Below are positions 24,176 to 36,983 of a DNA stretch of 64,000 nucleotides, piece after piece. Both the position numbers and the translations under genes were made by a program. The notes beneath the pieces are model-generated. The model was given only the letters and a program-made list of their open reading frames with translations, was not told the DNA's origin and searched no databases. Location of the stretch: positions 67,334,001-67,398,000 of the forward strand of contig CM059438.1 of the NCBI GenBank assembly GCA_030390025.1. The letters are read 5' to 3'. How positions within the stretch are numbered: position 1 is the stretch's first letter; each line of letters begins with the position of its first letter. Source of the DNA: Squalus acanthias (lineage: Eukaryota).

Positions 24176-24409
24176 TGTCAATTCAGACCCAGCAAACAGT
24201 TTATCCCACTTTCCAGCTCTTGGTCCGAAGTCTTGTAGGTTACGACACTTCAAGTGCACATCCAAGTACTTTCTAAATGCGGTGACGGTTTCTGCCCCTA
24301 CCGCCCTTGTTGGTCACATTGCTCTTCCAGTGCACGTGTATATTTTTGTTTTGCAGCCTGACGACTAGAATTGAACACTACAGTGCATGGGAAGGCTGAT
24401 TAACACACT

Positions 24410-25962
24410 GGCCTGGAGTTTGCGGTCAGCAGCGAACGAACGGCCCTTGTCATTCATTAAGCTTACAGCTGCCCACAGACTTTTCATGGGCTTTTTAGCA
24501 GCAACTTACTGTCATCGGAAGTCCGATACAGAGCGGCGCCCCCTACAGGGGATCTGGGACCTGTGTGAACAGGGCAAGCAACAATGTGTCTCTTCAACCA
24601 ATCAAATTGAAGAATGCTCACTGAGACTTCAGGCTGGAATTTCTACCTGCAGACCCGATGGGAGGAGGGTGGTCCTGTAGCGTGCGGGAAACCCTGAAGT
24701 CTGGGTGCGTCTGATGTCAGTGACAGGTTCCCCGGCTGGAAGTCAGCCTGATTGACAGGCTTGGCTTCCAATCGGAGGGGGAACACTCCAGAGGAGGCTG
24801 CAGGACTATGTAGGTCTGAACCTGACCCCCGGGGTGGGGCCTGATCCTGGGGGGTCCGCTTCCTGACCCTGGGGGGCGGGATTTGTTCCCAAGGGGGTCC
24901 GATGCCTGACCCTGGGGGAGGCGGATTCTGACGCCGAAGGAGGGTCCGATCCCCGACCCCAGTGGGGGGGGTTCGATCCCTGACTCCAGGGGGTGTCCGA
25001 TCCTGGGGGAGCGATGTATGGGGGTATCTGAAGTTGGGGGAGCTTGGGGGGCTGGGAGGAAGCACTCCTGCTTCTCTCAGCCCACAAGGAGTGATCCCCG
25101 AAGCTGTACTCACCTCGCTGCAGCTGTCGGGTTTCCCGAGGCCTGGAAACCCTAACCGGTTGTAGTAAAACTGGCAAAGCAGCTTAAATCCTAGGCTTCC
25201 AGCCTCATTATCATATTTAAAGTGCCAACCCGCCTCCTGGGAGCAGGTTAGCTGCCCACCCCTTGTCCTGCCTGAGTAAAAGCTGGAAGTCGGCGAGTTG
25301 GAGCCGGGTTCCTGACACGCTTCCAATTTTTCACCATTTAACCCCCCCCCCCCACCCATACCCACTCCCAACCACTCAACTATGTTAAAATTCCCCCGTA
25401 GAGTCTAAACCAGGAAGTGCAAGTTATTATATTTAATTCAATGTAAAATCAAGTACAGAAAGCAAAATAAAGTGGAGGCATAGAAAGATAGGATTAAGAG
25501 AGAGAGAATAAAGAGACAGAAAGCAAAAGTAAAAAAACTTTTAATTTTTAATTTTTTTAAATCTCCAACAATAATTAAAATCTGAAGGAATGAGACTCCA
25601 CATTTGTAAAATTAAATTTTCAGTGCCAGAGAGGTTGTTTGGCAGTAATTAAGACTTATCACGCCATTAAAAATTCACTTTTATTTGAATGGACAAGCCC
25701 TAACTTTTTTTGTCATGTTTGGTGGATAACTAGTGGGTAAGTCCAGCAACTTTACGTCCTTACATGGATTTCAATGCCAAGTCTATCGGCGAGGTACCAG
25801 TGTAGCGAAGCTTGTGGAGGAGCAGGGCATCTCTGACTGCCACTTCTGGATCTCCACATTTTACTGCTCATGTGTGGACGCCAGAAATTGCTGTCCGATT
25901 TACTCCATAATAACGGTCAGCACTGATAGCCTCACCGTTATTATTACCACAAATTCTGGGCC
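24410..25962. mobile_element. Non-autonomous Harbinger-type transposon (family A-related) with a nested MITE
   Basis: TIRs ggcctggagttt / aaattctgggcc; flanks ACT/ATT; shares ccaatca..ttgaagaat..aaaccaggaagt and gccagagaggttgtt blocks with family A. Confidence 0.75.
24632..25397. mobile_element. Nested MITE (family C) with an internal GGATCGGACCCC-like minisatellite
   Basis: Interrupts the host element; reverse-complement similar to 33162-34009; right TIR aaaattccccc. Confidence 0.7.
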
Positions 25963-28900
25963 ATTGGATAACTTTTGCATCATCTCTGGAGACTTGCACT
26001 TTACTGTTCTATCTGACATAGTTACCTATATTTGAAACGTGCTAATAGTGAATTATAAACCAGAAAATGAAGTGACTCCTTTAATTTGTTGCTGTTGTCC
26101 TCGTTCACTCTGTGATTGCTTCTCAGCTCTGCCTTACTCATCTGGCCAGAACACACCATACGGGCTCATTTATCTCACCTGTGTTGGTGTGACATCTTGT
26201 CTCCCTGCTGGGGATTGAGAGCAAGAGGAGACAAAAGTGAGTAATATGAAAAATATTCTGCTGCTGGGCTTTGCTTCCTTTCCAATGGCTGTATATTCGA
26301 TTGCTTGCTGCACTGTAATTGCATTCTCTCTCACTGTCTGCTCATGTGCCCTTTAAATAAAGCATTGCCACTTATTCTACTAGCACCATCCTTCAAAAAT
26401 TATCGTGGCAAATGATCACTTTACACTGGGCCCGTCTTGTCAAAGAGACATCTGGGAATCTGGACTGGTCCAGAATACAATTACGGAATGACCTTCTGAA
26501 AGCTGTGGTCTGGTGTAATCGGTTCCAGAGTCTCTGACCCTTCGGGGCCTGTCTTCTTGTTGTTGTCACTTCTTGTTTGAATATAGCAGCTGCATTAAAC
26601 AGTGACAATTAATAGCTGGATCATTTGCAATTTACTGAAAGGGAGCTAACAAGGGACTCGAAGGAAACCTTGGTTATGAGTCATAGCTGAGGACTGCGCC
26701 AACGCTTTTTCAGATTTCCCTGCTCAGATAATCATGCCTTCATGTATTCTTTATGTATTGCGGCAGGAGGTAACGGAGGGTGATATTAAAATAAATCGGG
26801 TTGTTTTGCTGCCGCCTGTATAATGATGAAGAGGGTCATTAAGCATTCACAATAGCGGCTCACCCATGAGCAAGTGTATGTACCTGACAGAATGCACAGT
26901 TGAGATATTTACACTGAAACTACTTATAATGCTGCCTACCCGAATGTTAGTTAGAGATATAATACATTGTTGATTCAGTGTTTCCTGAAGTCCTAACCTT
27001 CTGACTCTCAACATTATTTTCTTCATAACATTTATTTCTTCACTTCCACTCAATTCCTTTAAACTCTATAGGTATAATAGCTTTGCGTCAATTGCTGTTA
27101 GACTCTGAAAGCTCCAATGATGTATCTGGGGATGTCAAGAACAGCAGTGTTAAACCAAGTCAGTCCAAATGTTGATCGCTTTAGATTAGGAATGTAAAAT
27201 CCACAACGATTGTCCTATCTGCTGTTACGAGACTGTAAATTATAACTGTGATAAATCCAAAGAAAATAACGTAGACCTTACAGGTCTTAACTTATCTAAA
27301 AAAAAAGCCACAATTCTTAAGTAGTCTTAAAAGTAAAATCAGTGTTCCTTTCAGTGCAAACTGTGGTATCAAACAATCAACATCTGCAAACAATGGTATG
27401 TTTTGTACTGATTTGGAGACATGGGATATTACAAAAATGAAAGGATGTTATTGACTTTAGTTTTTAGCCGACCCACAGTAACTTACATCTGGGGGAGGCT
27501 TTCATTTTGTCGGTATATATTTGAACCAAGCCACTCTGCTATGCTGTCCTCTTTTGTTGCTGTTGTTGCTGTAGAAATGGCTGTCACTCTTATTTTTTTT
27601 GCACACTGCAGAGGGCGGTCATCTAGTGATCCTAATTTTACACCAGGGGCCAGAAGAGCTAGACTTGTAAGAATAAAGGTAGCATGAAGCCCGCAATTGC
27701 TGAATAATATTGAGAAGAATTTGTCTTCATTTGTCTGCGTGCACATTTATTTTCAAGATGGTATGTGGAAAGAAAAGTTTAAAACAATTCCAGGTGGACT
27801 TGGCATAAGTACTAACACAAGCCTGGCTACTCTATAAGAACAATCCTCTTGGCAGTCCATCCGTGTTACTGATGATGTGGAGTGGATTTGTACTCTCTAT
27901 CAGTCCTGAGACTAATTATATATAGATATGTTTTAGGATCTAGGATCTATCAACATAGACTTGTAATACCTGTTTTTAAGGAAGGCTAAAAGAATGGACT
28001 TGAAACCCTAGTTATGGACCTCTTTGATGTCTGCTCTTAAGCAAGGCTAAGTAAGGCCTATGGAGCAGGAACTGTCAGTGCAATGCTCACCCGGGAACCG
28101 CGAGATGGTAAAGGAACGGACTTGTAAAAGAGCATGGTGGATTAAAGTATGAACAGCAAATGGAGGATAACTCATGCGCGGTCAATCACAATCAAGACAA
28201 AATTACAGGTGGGCTGATTTGGGATTGATTGCCTACCGAGAAATGAGTTGTTTGTGTTGAAACACCAATAAAGTAGAGGACTTTGGGAACGTTGACTGAG
28301 TTTGAAAGATATCATGGATATTATTGTTGCTTCAGACGGTTCTGAGAGAGAACGATTTGCTGCACTTTCGAAGAGATAAGCAGAGAATACCAAGATACCC
28401 CTGGTGTTATGCATTAGCAGACATTTCAATGCTATTGCTAATGTAGCTAGGTTGAATTAATGTATTAACTGTTGCAGTTTCTCAATTAAATACATGTGGT
28501 CATCAGGTAGTTTTGGTCTTTGAGTGTTATATGGCACTGGTCTTATTTAAACATATTGCAGTATTACTTTAGAGAAAAGCTCCTTGTGCAGGCATGATTA
28601 TAGCTGACTACATTAAAATATTGACTACTAGTTAATGATGTCAGGGGGCTTAGAAATAAATGGGTTGAAAGTCCACTGTGTGATAATAGCAACTACAGTT
28701 CATACACTTGCATGGAATTCCTCTGTGTGCTAATTTAATAAAGATGTCAATCCATCTATAATAAATGAAGAAATTTACAAGCAATGTCATTGCTAATATC
28801 ACAAAAAGCATTCTAAACCCAAATATTTTTGTTTAACAAAATCCTGTCCCTTAGATACAGTATTACATGATAAATGCAACTGATTTCAAAACAAAATAAA

Positions 28901-29011
28901 GTTGTTACCCAATTTGTGTATTCTGAACAAGAGGATATATTAAATTTCAATACAATTTAATAAAATGACATTAATATCAACAGTTAGCAATGCCTTATCT
29001 CATACTTAATT

Positions 29012-29520
29012 ACAACAATTTTCATTTATACAGCAGCTTTCATGAAGAAAAATATCCCAAAGCTGTTCACCGAGCCAAAAAGAAGGACTTGTATTTATAT
29101 AGCTTTAGGACACCCCAAAGTGCTTTACAGCCAATTAAATACCGTTTGAAGTGTAGTCACTGTTGTAATGTAGCAAAGAAGGAGATATTAGGAAGGCTGA
29201 CCAAAAGCTTGGTCAAAGAGATGGGTTTTAAAGTTGGTGTTGAAGCCGGAGAGGGAGGTGGAGAGGGGTTTAGGGAGGGAATTGCAGAAATTGGGGCCTA
29301 GGCATGGCTAGGCTGAAGGTGTGGTTGCCAGTGGCGAGGCTGAGAGGAGGGGAAGGGTGCGCAAGAGGCCAGAGTTGAAGGAGCCGAGATTTGTTTTGGT
29401 AGGGGGAGGGGTAGCAGGAGCGCAGGAGGTTACAGAGATAGGGAGCTGCAAGGCCATGAGAAAAGTTAAACACAAGGCTGAGCATTTTACATTGGAGGCG
29501 GGCGGGCAGCACAGAGGCAG
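29012..29520 (-). mobile_element. Degenerate L2 3' part with a SINE fragment (29080-29172)
   Basis: gaccaaaagcttggtcaaagag..ggttttaa and HGLAAPYLCNLL motifs. Confidence 0.7.
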
Positions 29521-29596
29521 TAGAGGGGTTGACAGAGGTGGTGGTGAGGTAGAACTGAGTGTCGACAACGTAAATAATTGAATCAACACCTACTCA

Positions 29597-30441
29597 GGGG
29601 GCGATTTTGCCAGCCCTGGGGAGGTGGGTTTGGAGGCGGGACTGCCGGGAAAATGGCAGAATTTGGGAGCGGGTGCATATCCCGCCCCCAACCCGCCTCC
29701 GTGTCATCTTCCCAGGAGGCGGGTACCCGACCCGCACCGGGTCCCGTCTCCTCGAGGCGGGAAGGGGATTACAGCTATTTAACTGCCTGTTAACAGGTAG
29801 TTAACAGGCAGTTAAGAGGATTATCCCCATTTTTCCAACAGAAGTGCGGGCTTCCCGACGTCGGGAAACCCCGCCAGGGTCAGCGAGGCGAGCAGTGGGT
29901 CTGCGGGGGTCGGAGGGGTCGAAAAGTGTGCTGTGGAGGTGAATGATGGGTGCAAGTGTGGAGAGGTAAGTATGTGAGGTGAGTACAAAGTATTAGAAAA
30001 AGTTTCCTTACCTTTGTTTCTTCCTGCAGGCTTCAATCGTTGGGGATCCGGAGGCTCCAGGCATCTCCACGGCAGAGATGACAGAATGGCTGCTGCATTC
30101 TCCGATGCAACAGCCATCTGCTTTCTGCTCAGGAAACAGTTTGGTGAGCCTTGAGTACAAGAACTCATCAAACAACAGAGAATGTCAGTGTTTGACAGCT
30201 TCTCAAAGCTGTCAAACGATGACAATTCATCTGTCAAAAATTTTTGACAAATGAAACGTCATACGCTGACGTTCTCTGTCACCGGCTTCCCTTAATTGGC
30301 CTGCTAAGCCCGCTGGGCGGGCTTAACAAGGTCAATCAAGGGAAAATAGCGTGGGTTGGCCAGACGTCGATGGAGGCGGGGCTGAAAGCCGACAAGCAGC
30401 AGTCCCGCCTCCAACGCGCCCCCATTGGTAAAATCACCCCC
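29597..30441. mobile_element. Non-autonomous Harbinger derivative
   Basis: TIRs gggggcgatttt / aaaatcaccccc; left subterminal region resembles 59492-59560 (gattttgcc..gggtttggagg). Confidence 0.75.
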
Positions 30442-30770
30442 GTAGTCACTGTTGTAATGTAGGAAACTCAGCAGCCAATTTGCACACAGCAAGCTCCCCA
30501 CAAACAGCATTGTGATAATGACCAGATAATCTGTTTTAGTGATGTTCATTGAGGGATAAATATTGGCCAGGACACCGGGGATAACTCCTCTGCTCTTCTT
30601 CGATATAGTCCCATGGGATCTTTTACGTCCATCTGAGAGAGTTTAACGTCTCATCCGAAAGACGGCACCTCTGGCAGTGCAGCACTCCCTCAGTACTGCA
30701 CTGGAGCGTCAGCTTAGATTTTTGTGCTCAAATCTCTGGAGTTGGACTTGAACCCACAGCCTTCTGACTC
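30442..30770 (-). mobile_element. SacSINE1-like SINE
   Basis: Matches the reverse complement of the other copies. Confidence 0.85.
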
Positions 30771-31594
30771 TAACCTCGAAGGAGTGCCATGGTCAATTTG
30801 AGCTCTCATTCTGCTGCACTGGCTAAGATCTGCCAACTCCGAGAGAACCAGGGCACCCGATTGGTCTGATAGCTGAGTCACATGCAACTTTTACCAGCTG
30901 ATTTATGTGGCTTTTATCTTTTGCTTTCTGTGAATCCTATATCTCTAGTTACACACATCATATCACAAAGAAAATATTTCTAATCCTGTAACATGACATT
31001 AATCAGAGTCATTGCTTGAAATTTTAGGAAGTAAATCAGGTAGCACCGATACAGCTAGCAAGACATTACCTCAGGTGCAATGCTAAAATGGAGTAATAAT
31101 ACCAGATGCAATGCCATAAATCATAAATGGTTCAGTAGCCACAGGTAAAGCAATGAAAACGGTTAACAGTTGGATTTTTTTTATCCACAGTTTTGCCCCT
31201 CTCTTCCTGAAGTTCGCGGCATTTGCTGGGGTGGGGTTTGATCAATGCCGAGAACCTGTTCAGACTCACACATGGCCATCCTTCAGCAGGCTATTTACCA
31301 GGCGAGTGAGGGCACAGAGTAACACTTAAAAAAAAACGGCAGATTTACCTTGGGGCCTGAAGGATCACCAGGGCCAAGTACATTGAGGAAACTCAGACAA
31401 GATGGAGTCTGCCTGATTTTCCATCCATTCATTTAAATGGATGGATAATCGGCCAACTATTTTGCGTCCACCCGATTCCCTCTTCCACTACACGCTGCAA
31501 TCCTTTATGCCAAAACACAAGATGACCAAAATCTGCTGATTTATCAGGTCATCTTAAAATGAATACCTACTGTGTCTCTGAAATCTTATTACTG

Positions 31595-31905
31595 ATCTTT
31601 CGAATGAGACATTAAACTAAGGCTCTGCCATTCCCTCTCAGGTGGACGTAAAAGCATGGCACTGTTCAAAGAAGAACAGGGGAGTTCACCCCAGTGCCCT
31701 GGCTAATATTTATCCCTCAATCAACATCACTGAAACAGATTATCTGGTCATTATCACATTGCTGTTTGTGGGAACTTGCTGTGTGTAAATTGGCTGCCGG
31801 GTTTCCTACATTACAACAGTGACTGCACTTCAAAAGTACTTCATTGGCTGTAAAGCTCTTTTGGGACGTACTGAAGTCATGAAAGTTGCTATATATAAGC
31901 AAGTT
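31595..31905 (+). mobile_element. SacSINE1-like SINE, 3' part
   Basis: ctctcaggtggacgtaaaag..aacagattatctggtcattatcacattg. Confidence 0.85.
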
Positions 31906-31908
31906 CTG

Positions 31909-31909
31909 T

Positions 31910-31957
<48 letters not shown>

Positions 31958-31981
31958 TCGTTCGTTCTTTCTTTCTTTCTT
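31909..31981. repeat. (CTTT)n microsatellite grown from the SINE tail
   Basis: Tandem TTTC units directly after the SINE end. Confidence 0.95.
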
Positions 31982-32499
31982 AGGATTAATATACCTTTTC
32001 TCAGAAATGTTTCTACGTGACCAGGTGATGGTCAGTTGCTTTGCTTTGCCACTTTAAAACGTGTGATCCGAAGGCAGTATTTTGAGGACTTCGTTTGACA
32101 AGCTGCATTTGCAGAATTAATGGTCAGTCAAAATTTTGGGGTGTTGCAGTGCATCATAATTCATTCTGCATGTGTAAGCATCATAAAACACCAGGAAAAA
32201 ACGCTGAGCGGGCACATTCAGTAAATTAGAAAGCAGCGGGAGTCCCGAGCAGATGAATTAGTATCGAGTAATGCTTTCGTAATAGGATTCATTGATGTGT
32301 AAGTAAGAGATGCTATTTTTGTGGCACGATGGATTTCTTTTACTCCAGTTCCTATAAAAAGTAATCATGCTCAGCTGCAAATTAAGCCAACTGGGTTCAT
32401 CGAAGTATGCAGGTCAGTGGCTGGCTTTGTGCTGCTTCTTCTGATTGTGACTTGTGATGCATTGAGTCAAGCTGATAAGAAATTTGTTTCAGAAAATGT

Positions 32500-32848
32500 G
32501 AAAGACTTGCACACAGCAAGGTTCCTCACACAACATTGTGATAATGACCAGATAATCTGCTTTTTTAGTGACGTTGGTTGAGGTGTAAATATTGGCCACG
32601 ACACCAAGTAGAACTTCCCTGCTCTCTTCGAAATGGAGCTGTGGGATCTTTTATGCCCACCTGAGAGAGCAGACAGGGCTTTGGTTTAACATCTCATCTG
32701 AAAGACAGCACTTCTGGCAGTGCAGCGCTCCCTCAGTACTGCACTGGAGAGTCAGCTTTGATTATGTGCTCAAGTCTCGGGAGTGGGACTTGAACCGACA
32801 ACCTTCTGACTCAGACGCAAGAGAGCTACCACTGAGCCACAGCTGACA
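32500..32848 (-). mobile_element. SacSINE1-like SINE
   Basis: Matches the other copies; head ends ctaccactgagccacagctgaca. Confidence 0.85.
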
Positions 32849-33161
32849 TCTGCATGATTAACTGTGATTGATGATGAGTAGAAGCCATTTTTTATTCAAT
32901 TTTTTCATTTTTTCCCTTTTTCAATCTTCTCCTCTTTCTCTGCTGAAGGTCTCCTGCTAAGCTGTGGTTCCACAGGTGCTGGAAGTCCACCAGTATTTCA
33001 CCCAACTGGTTACTGTTCATGTGTGAGCATGGACAGCCAGTGCTGGAAGACTATTCAACTGTTGGGGGGAGGGGCATTTCCCAAATTACAATGGCAACCA
33101 GTCAGGATTCAACCTGCTAGCTTATTGTCGAGGCAAACTGCTGAATTAAACTTTACAGAAC

Positions 33162-34009
33162 AGGGGAATTTTAATGTGGGGCTGCGGTTGGGAGAAGGTG
33201 TGGGTGGGGGTTAAATGGGAAAAAAATGGACGCGTGTTGGGAAGCCGGCTCCAACCTGCTGACTTCCAGGTTTCACTCAGGTGGGACAAAGGCGGGCAGC
33301 CAACCCGCTCCCAGGAGGATAAGTTAATGAGGCTGGAAGCCTTGGATTTAACCTGCTTTGCAGGTTTTACTGTGGCTGGCTGCATTACCCGGGCTTTGGA
33401 AAACCCGGCAGCTACAGCGAGGCGAGGACAGCCTCGGGGAGCACTCCTTGTGCGCCAGGAGGAGCAGGAGTGCTTCCTCCCTGCCCCCCAAACTACCCCA
33501 CCATCAGACACCCCACATACAAACCACCCCTCCCCCAGACCGGACCCCACTGAGGGTCAGGTTCGGACCGCCCTAGGTATCAGACCCCCCCTTGGGGTCG
33601 GGGATTGGACCCCACCTGGGGTCAGGGATCAGGGATCAGACCCCCCGGGGATCGGACCCCCCTCCCCCGAGGTTGGTGATCGGACCCCCCAGGGTTTGGG
33701 ATCGAAAACCCCCTTGGGATCGGACCTGCCCTCCCAGGGTCAGGGACCTTTGGGATCAGATACTCCCCTCCCCCAACACCCCGGGGTCAGGGGCTCAGAC
33801 CTACCTGGGCCCGCGGCCTCTTCTCCAGTGTTCCCAGCACTACTGGAAGTCAAGCCTGTCAATCAGGCTGACATCTAGGTGGGAAACCTGTCAGTGACGC
33901 AGGACGCACGCTGTGGAATTAAATCTCCACATTGTGAGGGGAAACCCAGACTTCTGGGTTTCCCATGTGCGGCCGGACACCCCCACTCTCAGTGCGTCAA
34001 AATTCTCCC
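33162..34009. mobile_element. MITE family C with an internal minisatellite
   Basis: TIRs aggggaatttt / aaaattctccc; tandem gg(g)atcggacccc units at ~33535-33800. Confidence 0.75.
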
Positions 34010-34164
34010 ATTATGTTAAAAAAAATCCAGTTTATGCGTCTGCGTGAGCATCACGTGAAGACAAGATTAGGGTTCTTTCACGCAGATGCACTTTCCAGAC
34101 CGAAGAATGTTTTGTGATTTGAGTTGACTTTTAGAGAAGTGTCTTTAAATTTAGTTCTTCTAAT

Positions 34165-35116
34165 ATTCTAATATAATGACCTGGATATTGGAATACAGAG
34201 TAGAATTTCTAAATTTGCCGACGACACCAAACTTGGGGGTGTGGCAAACAGTGATGCTGATACCAATCGACTGCAAGAGGACATAGAAAGGCTAGCAGAA
34301 TGGGCAGACAAGTGGCAGATGGAATTTAATACAGAGAAGTGTGAGGTGATGCACTTTGGCAGAAGGAACAGGGAGAGGCAAAATACACTTAATGGCACAG
34401 TTTTGAAGAGTGTGCAGGGACAGAGGGACCTGGGAGTTAATGTGCATAGGTCCCTGAAGGTGGCAGGACATATTGAGAGAGGGGTTAACAAAGCATGTGG
34501 GATCTTGGGCTTCTTAAATAGAGGTATTTAGTACAAAAGTTAAGAACTTATGCTGAACCTTTATAAAGCGCTGGTTAGGCCACAACTGGAGTATTGCGTC
34601 CAGTTCAGGTCACCACACTTTAGGAAGGATGTGAAGGCCCTTGAGAGGGTGCAGAGGAGATTTACCAGAATGGTTCTGCGGATGGTGGATCTTAGCTACA
34701 AGGACAGGTTGGAGAAGCTGGATTTGTTTTCATTAGAGCAAAGGAGGTTGAGGGGTGATTTGATAGAGGTGTACAAGATTATGACGGGTTTGGATAAGCT
34801 AGACGGGGAAAGGCTGTTCCCACTAGTTGATGGTACAAGGACTAGGGGACACAGATTTAAGGTTTTGGGCAAGAGATACAGGGGGGACGTGAGGAAAAAC
34901 TTTTTTACGCAGCGAGTGGTGATGACCTGGAACTCGCTGCCGATGGAGGTGGTGGAAGCGGAGACACTCAATGTTTTCAAGGGGAGACTGGATAGGCACT
35001 TGAGGGAAATAAACTTGCAGGGCTACGGGAATGGGACTGAATGGATTGCGCTACAGAGAGCCGGCACGGACTCGATGGGCCGAACGGCCTCCTTCTGTGC
35101 CGTTATGACTCTATGA
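34165..35116 (+). mobile_element. CR1 LINE 3' part (RT C-terminus)
   Basis: SKFADDTKLGG, WQMEFNTEKCEVMHFG and LVRPQLEYCVQF motifs; tail ttatgactctatgatt. Confidence 0.93.
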
Positions 35117-36384
35117 TTCGGGTGCCAAATGTAATGCTTCTGTACAAAATTTGCTGTTTTAAGAGGTGTTGGCCAGTTTGTTTTCAATGGGTTAATGCCT
35201 CCACTAAAGCAGTACGCAAAAGAATTTTGTAGTGGCTCATACCTGAAGAGCCCACTTTCAAGGCAAAAGCCAATAGCCTTTGTAGGCTGCAATGTGAAGC
35301 AATCATTAGTCCATAATTCACTGTGTGGGAACAGCAGGAAGTTTGCTGCTCACGGCAGTTATGCCACTCATAACATGTATAATTCATTATTACTTTTTAT
35401 TGTCATAACAGGTCAGTGCGTATTAGTAGCACTGCAACTGAGCATTCTACATTCGCTGATCATATGATTTTAGAATGGCAGCAAATGTGAATTTGTTCTA
35501 ATTTGTGAGTGGTGAATTCAGGTGGCGGACAGATCAGATTCTGAACGACAGTGATCAAGCTGGGCCATTTTGATTCTTGCCCGAAAGGGCCTGAAATTAA
35601 ACAATATTCCGCTGGTGAGAAATGCATTTTCTTTTTGCAATGTCAGCTGATCACTCTTGGGAGGAAAAGTCTCTGAAGCATTCTCCCAACAAACAATCAC
35701 TCAGTCGCCGTGATCTTTGCAAAGTAATTAATTGTATAATTTCCCAGGTGCAATATGAAAATACTGTTCTATTTTACACTGATCCGGCTTACTCAGTCAT
35801 CGACTTAAAGGGTAAAATAAATCTGTTTGATAGTGTCGTGCTTCAGTTGTAATGGATGGTTTAACAAGAACTATATTGCGGTGATAAGAATAGTTTATTA
35901 AATTATGTTTTGATTGGGGGGGGGGGGGTGGGCATGGAGCCCCGGCTGCGTCCCGCCTTGAAAGAATTCAATCAAGAATGCCCAGCTTTGTTTGCAGTCA
36001 AGAGGGCCTTGAGTCATTAGAATGCAAAACCACTTCTTTCCGACCTCCCAACGTGAGGAAGATAGTCTGAGGGGGAGCCTCGAGCAAGTGTTGCAGGTGT
36101 AAGGTGAGGCTGGATTTGCTGGGGCTTCACAGTTGCTTTCGATACCCGGAAGCTTTAGATGGCCACAAACCTTCACTTGTACAGAATCTATGTCACTGCA
36201 ATGAGGTAAGATTGGGAGGGTGTGCTTCAATTTGCCCTAAGCTTTGGGCTCTCAGAAATCCATGCTTTTTATATTGTGGGGTTGATTGTACAGCATTAAA
36301 ACATCTTAAAAAAAACACTAACACTTGCTCCGCTAATGCCTGGACATCATCTTGTCCCAATCCGACAACCTTCCTTGAGGCGTT

Positions 36385-36820
36385 AGCCATGGATCAATGG
36401 GTAACATCTCACCTCGGAGTCAGAAGGTTGTGGGTTCTAAGTCCCACTAAGGAGACTTGAGTACATAATCTAAGCTAACACTCCAGTGCAGTAATGAAGG
36501 AGTGCTGCACTGTCAGAGGTGCCATCTTTTAGATGAGATGTTAAACCTAGGCCACGTCTGTCCTCTCAGATGGATGTAAAAGATCCCATGGCCCTATTTT
36601 GAAGAAGAACAGAGGATTTTTCCCCGATGTCCTGGTGAGCATTTATCCCTCAACCGACACCACTAAACCAGATTATCTGGTCATTATCACATTGCTGTTT
36701 GTGGGACCTTGCTGTGCCACGTTTCTGACATTACAACAGTGTCTACACTTCACTGAAGTACTTAATTGGCTGCAAAGCACTTTGGGACATTCGAGGTTGT
36801 GAAAGGCACTATATAAATGG
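36385..36820 (+). mobile_element. SacSINE1-like SINE, near full length
   Basis: Head, central block and tail all present. Confidence 0.85.
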
Positions 36821-36983
36821 AGTGATTATTTGCATGAACATTTTTGCTGCCTTCTGCGCGCGGTATACCGGAGCCACGCATGCACACCCAATCCCCTCCT
36901 GCGAATGTGCGCTGTGTACCGAGGACGCGCATGCGCAGTACCCCACAGTTGCAGCCTGCAGTGCAGCATGGGCGACGCTTTCA

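Noticed and set aside
24643..25371. 242-aa Pro/Gly-rich ORF (and the 234-aa ORF at 33174-33878)
   Set aside because: They lie in GC-rich MITE minisatellites, show no domain, and the frames are not conserved between the copies
27955..28060. Very old CR1 RT remnant (VIPVFKEG...)
   Set aside because: Too short and degenerate to delimit
33535..33800. CRISPR-like repeat-spacer pattern
   Set aside because: Units are degenerate, the spacers are not unique, there are no cas genes, and the context is eukaryotic
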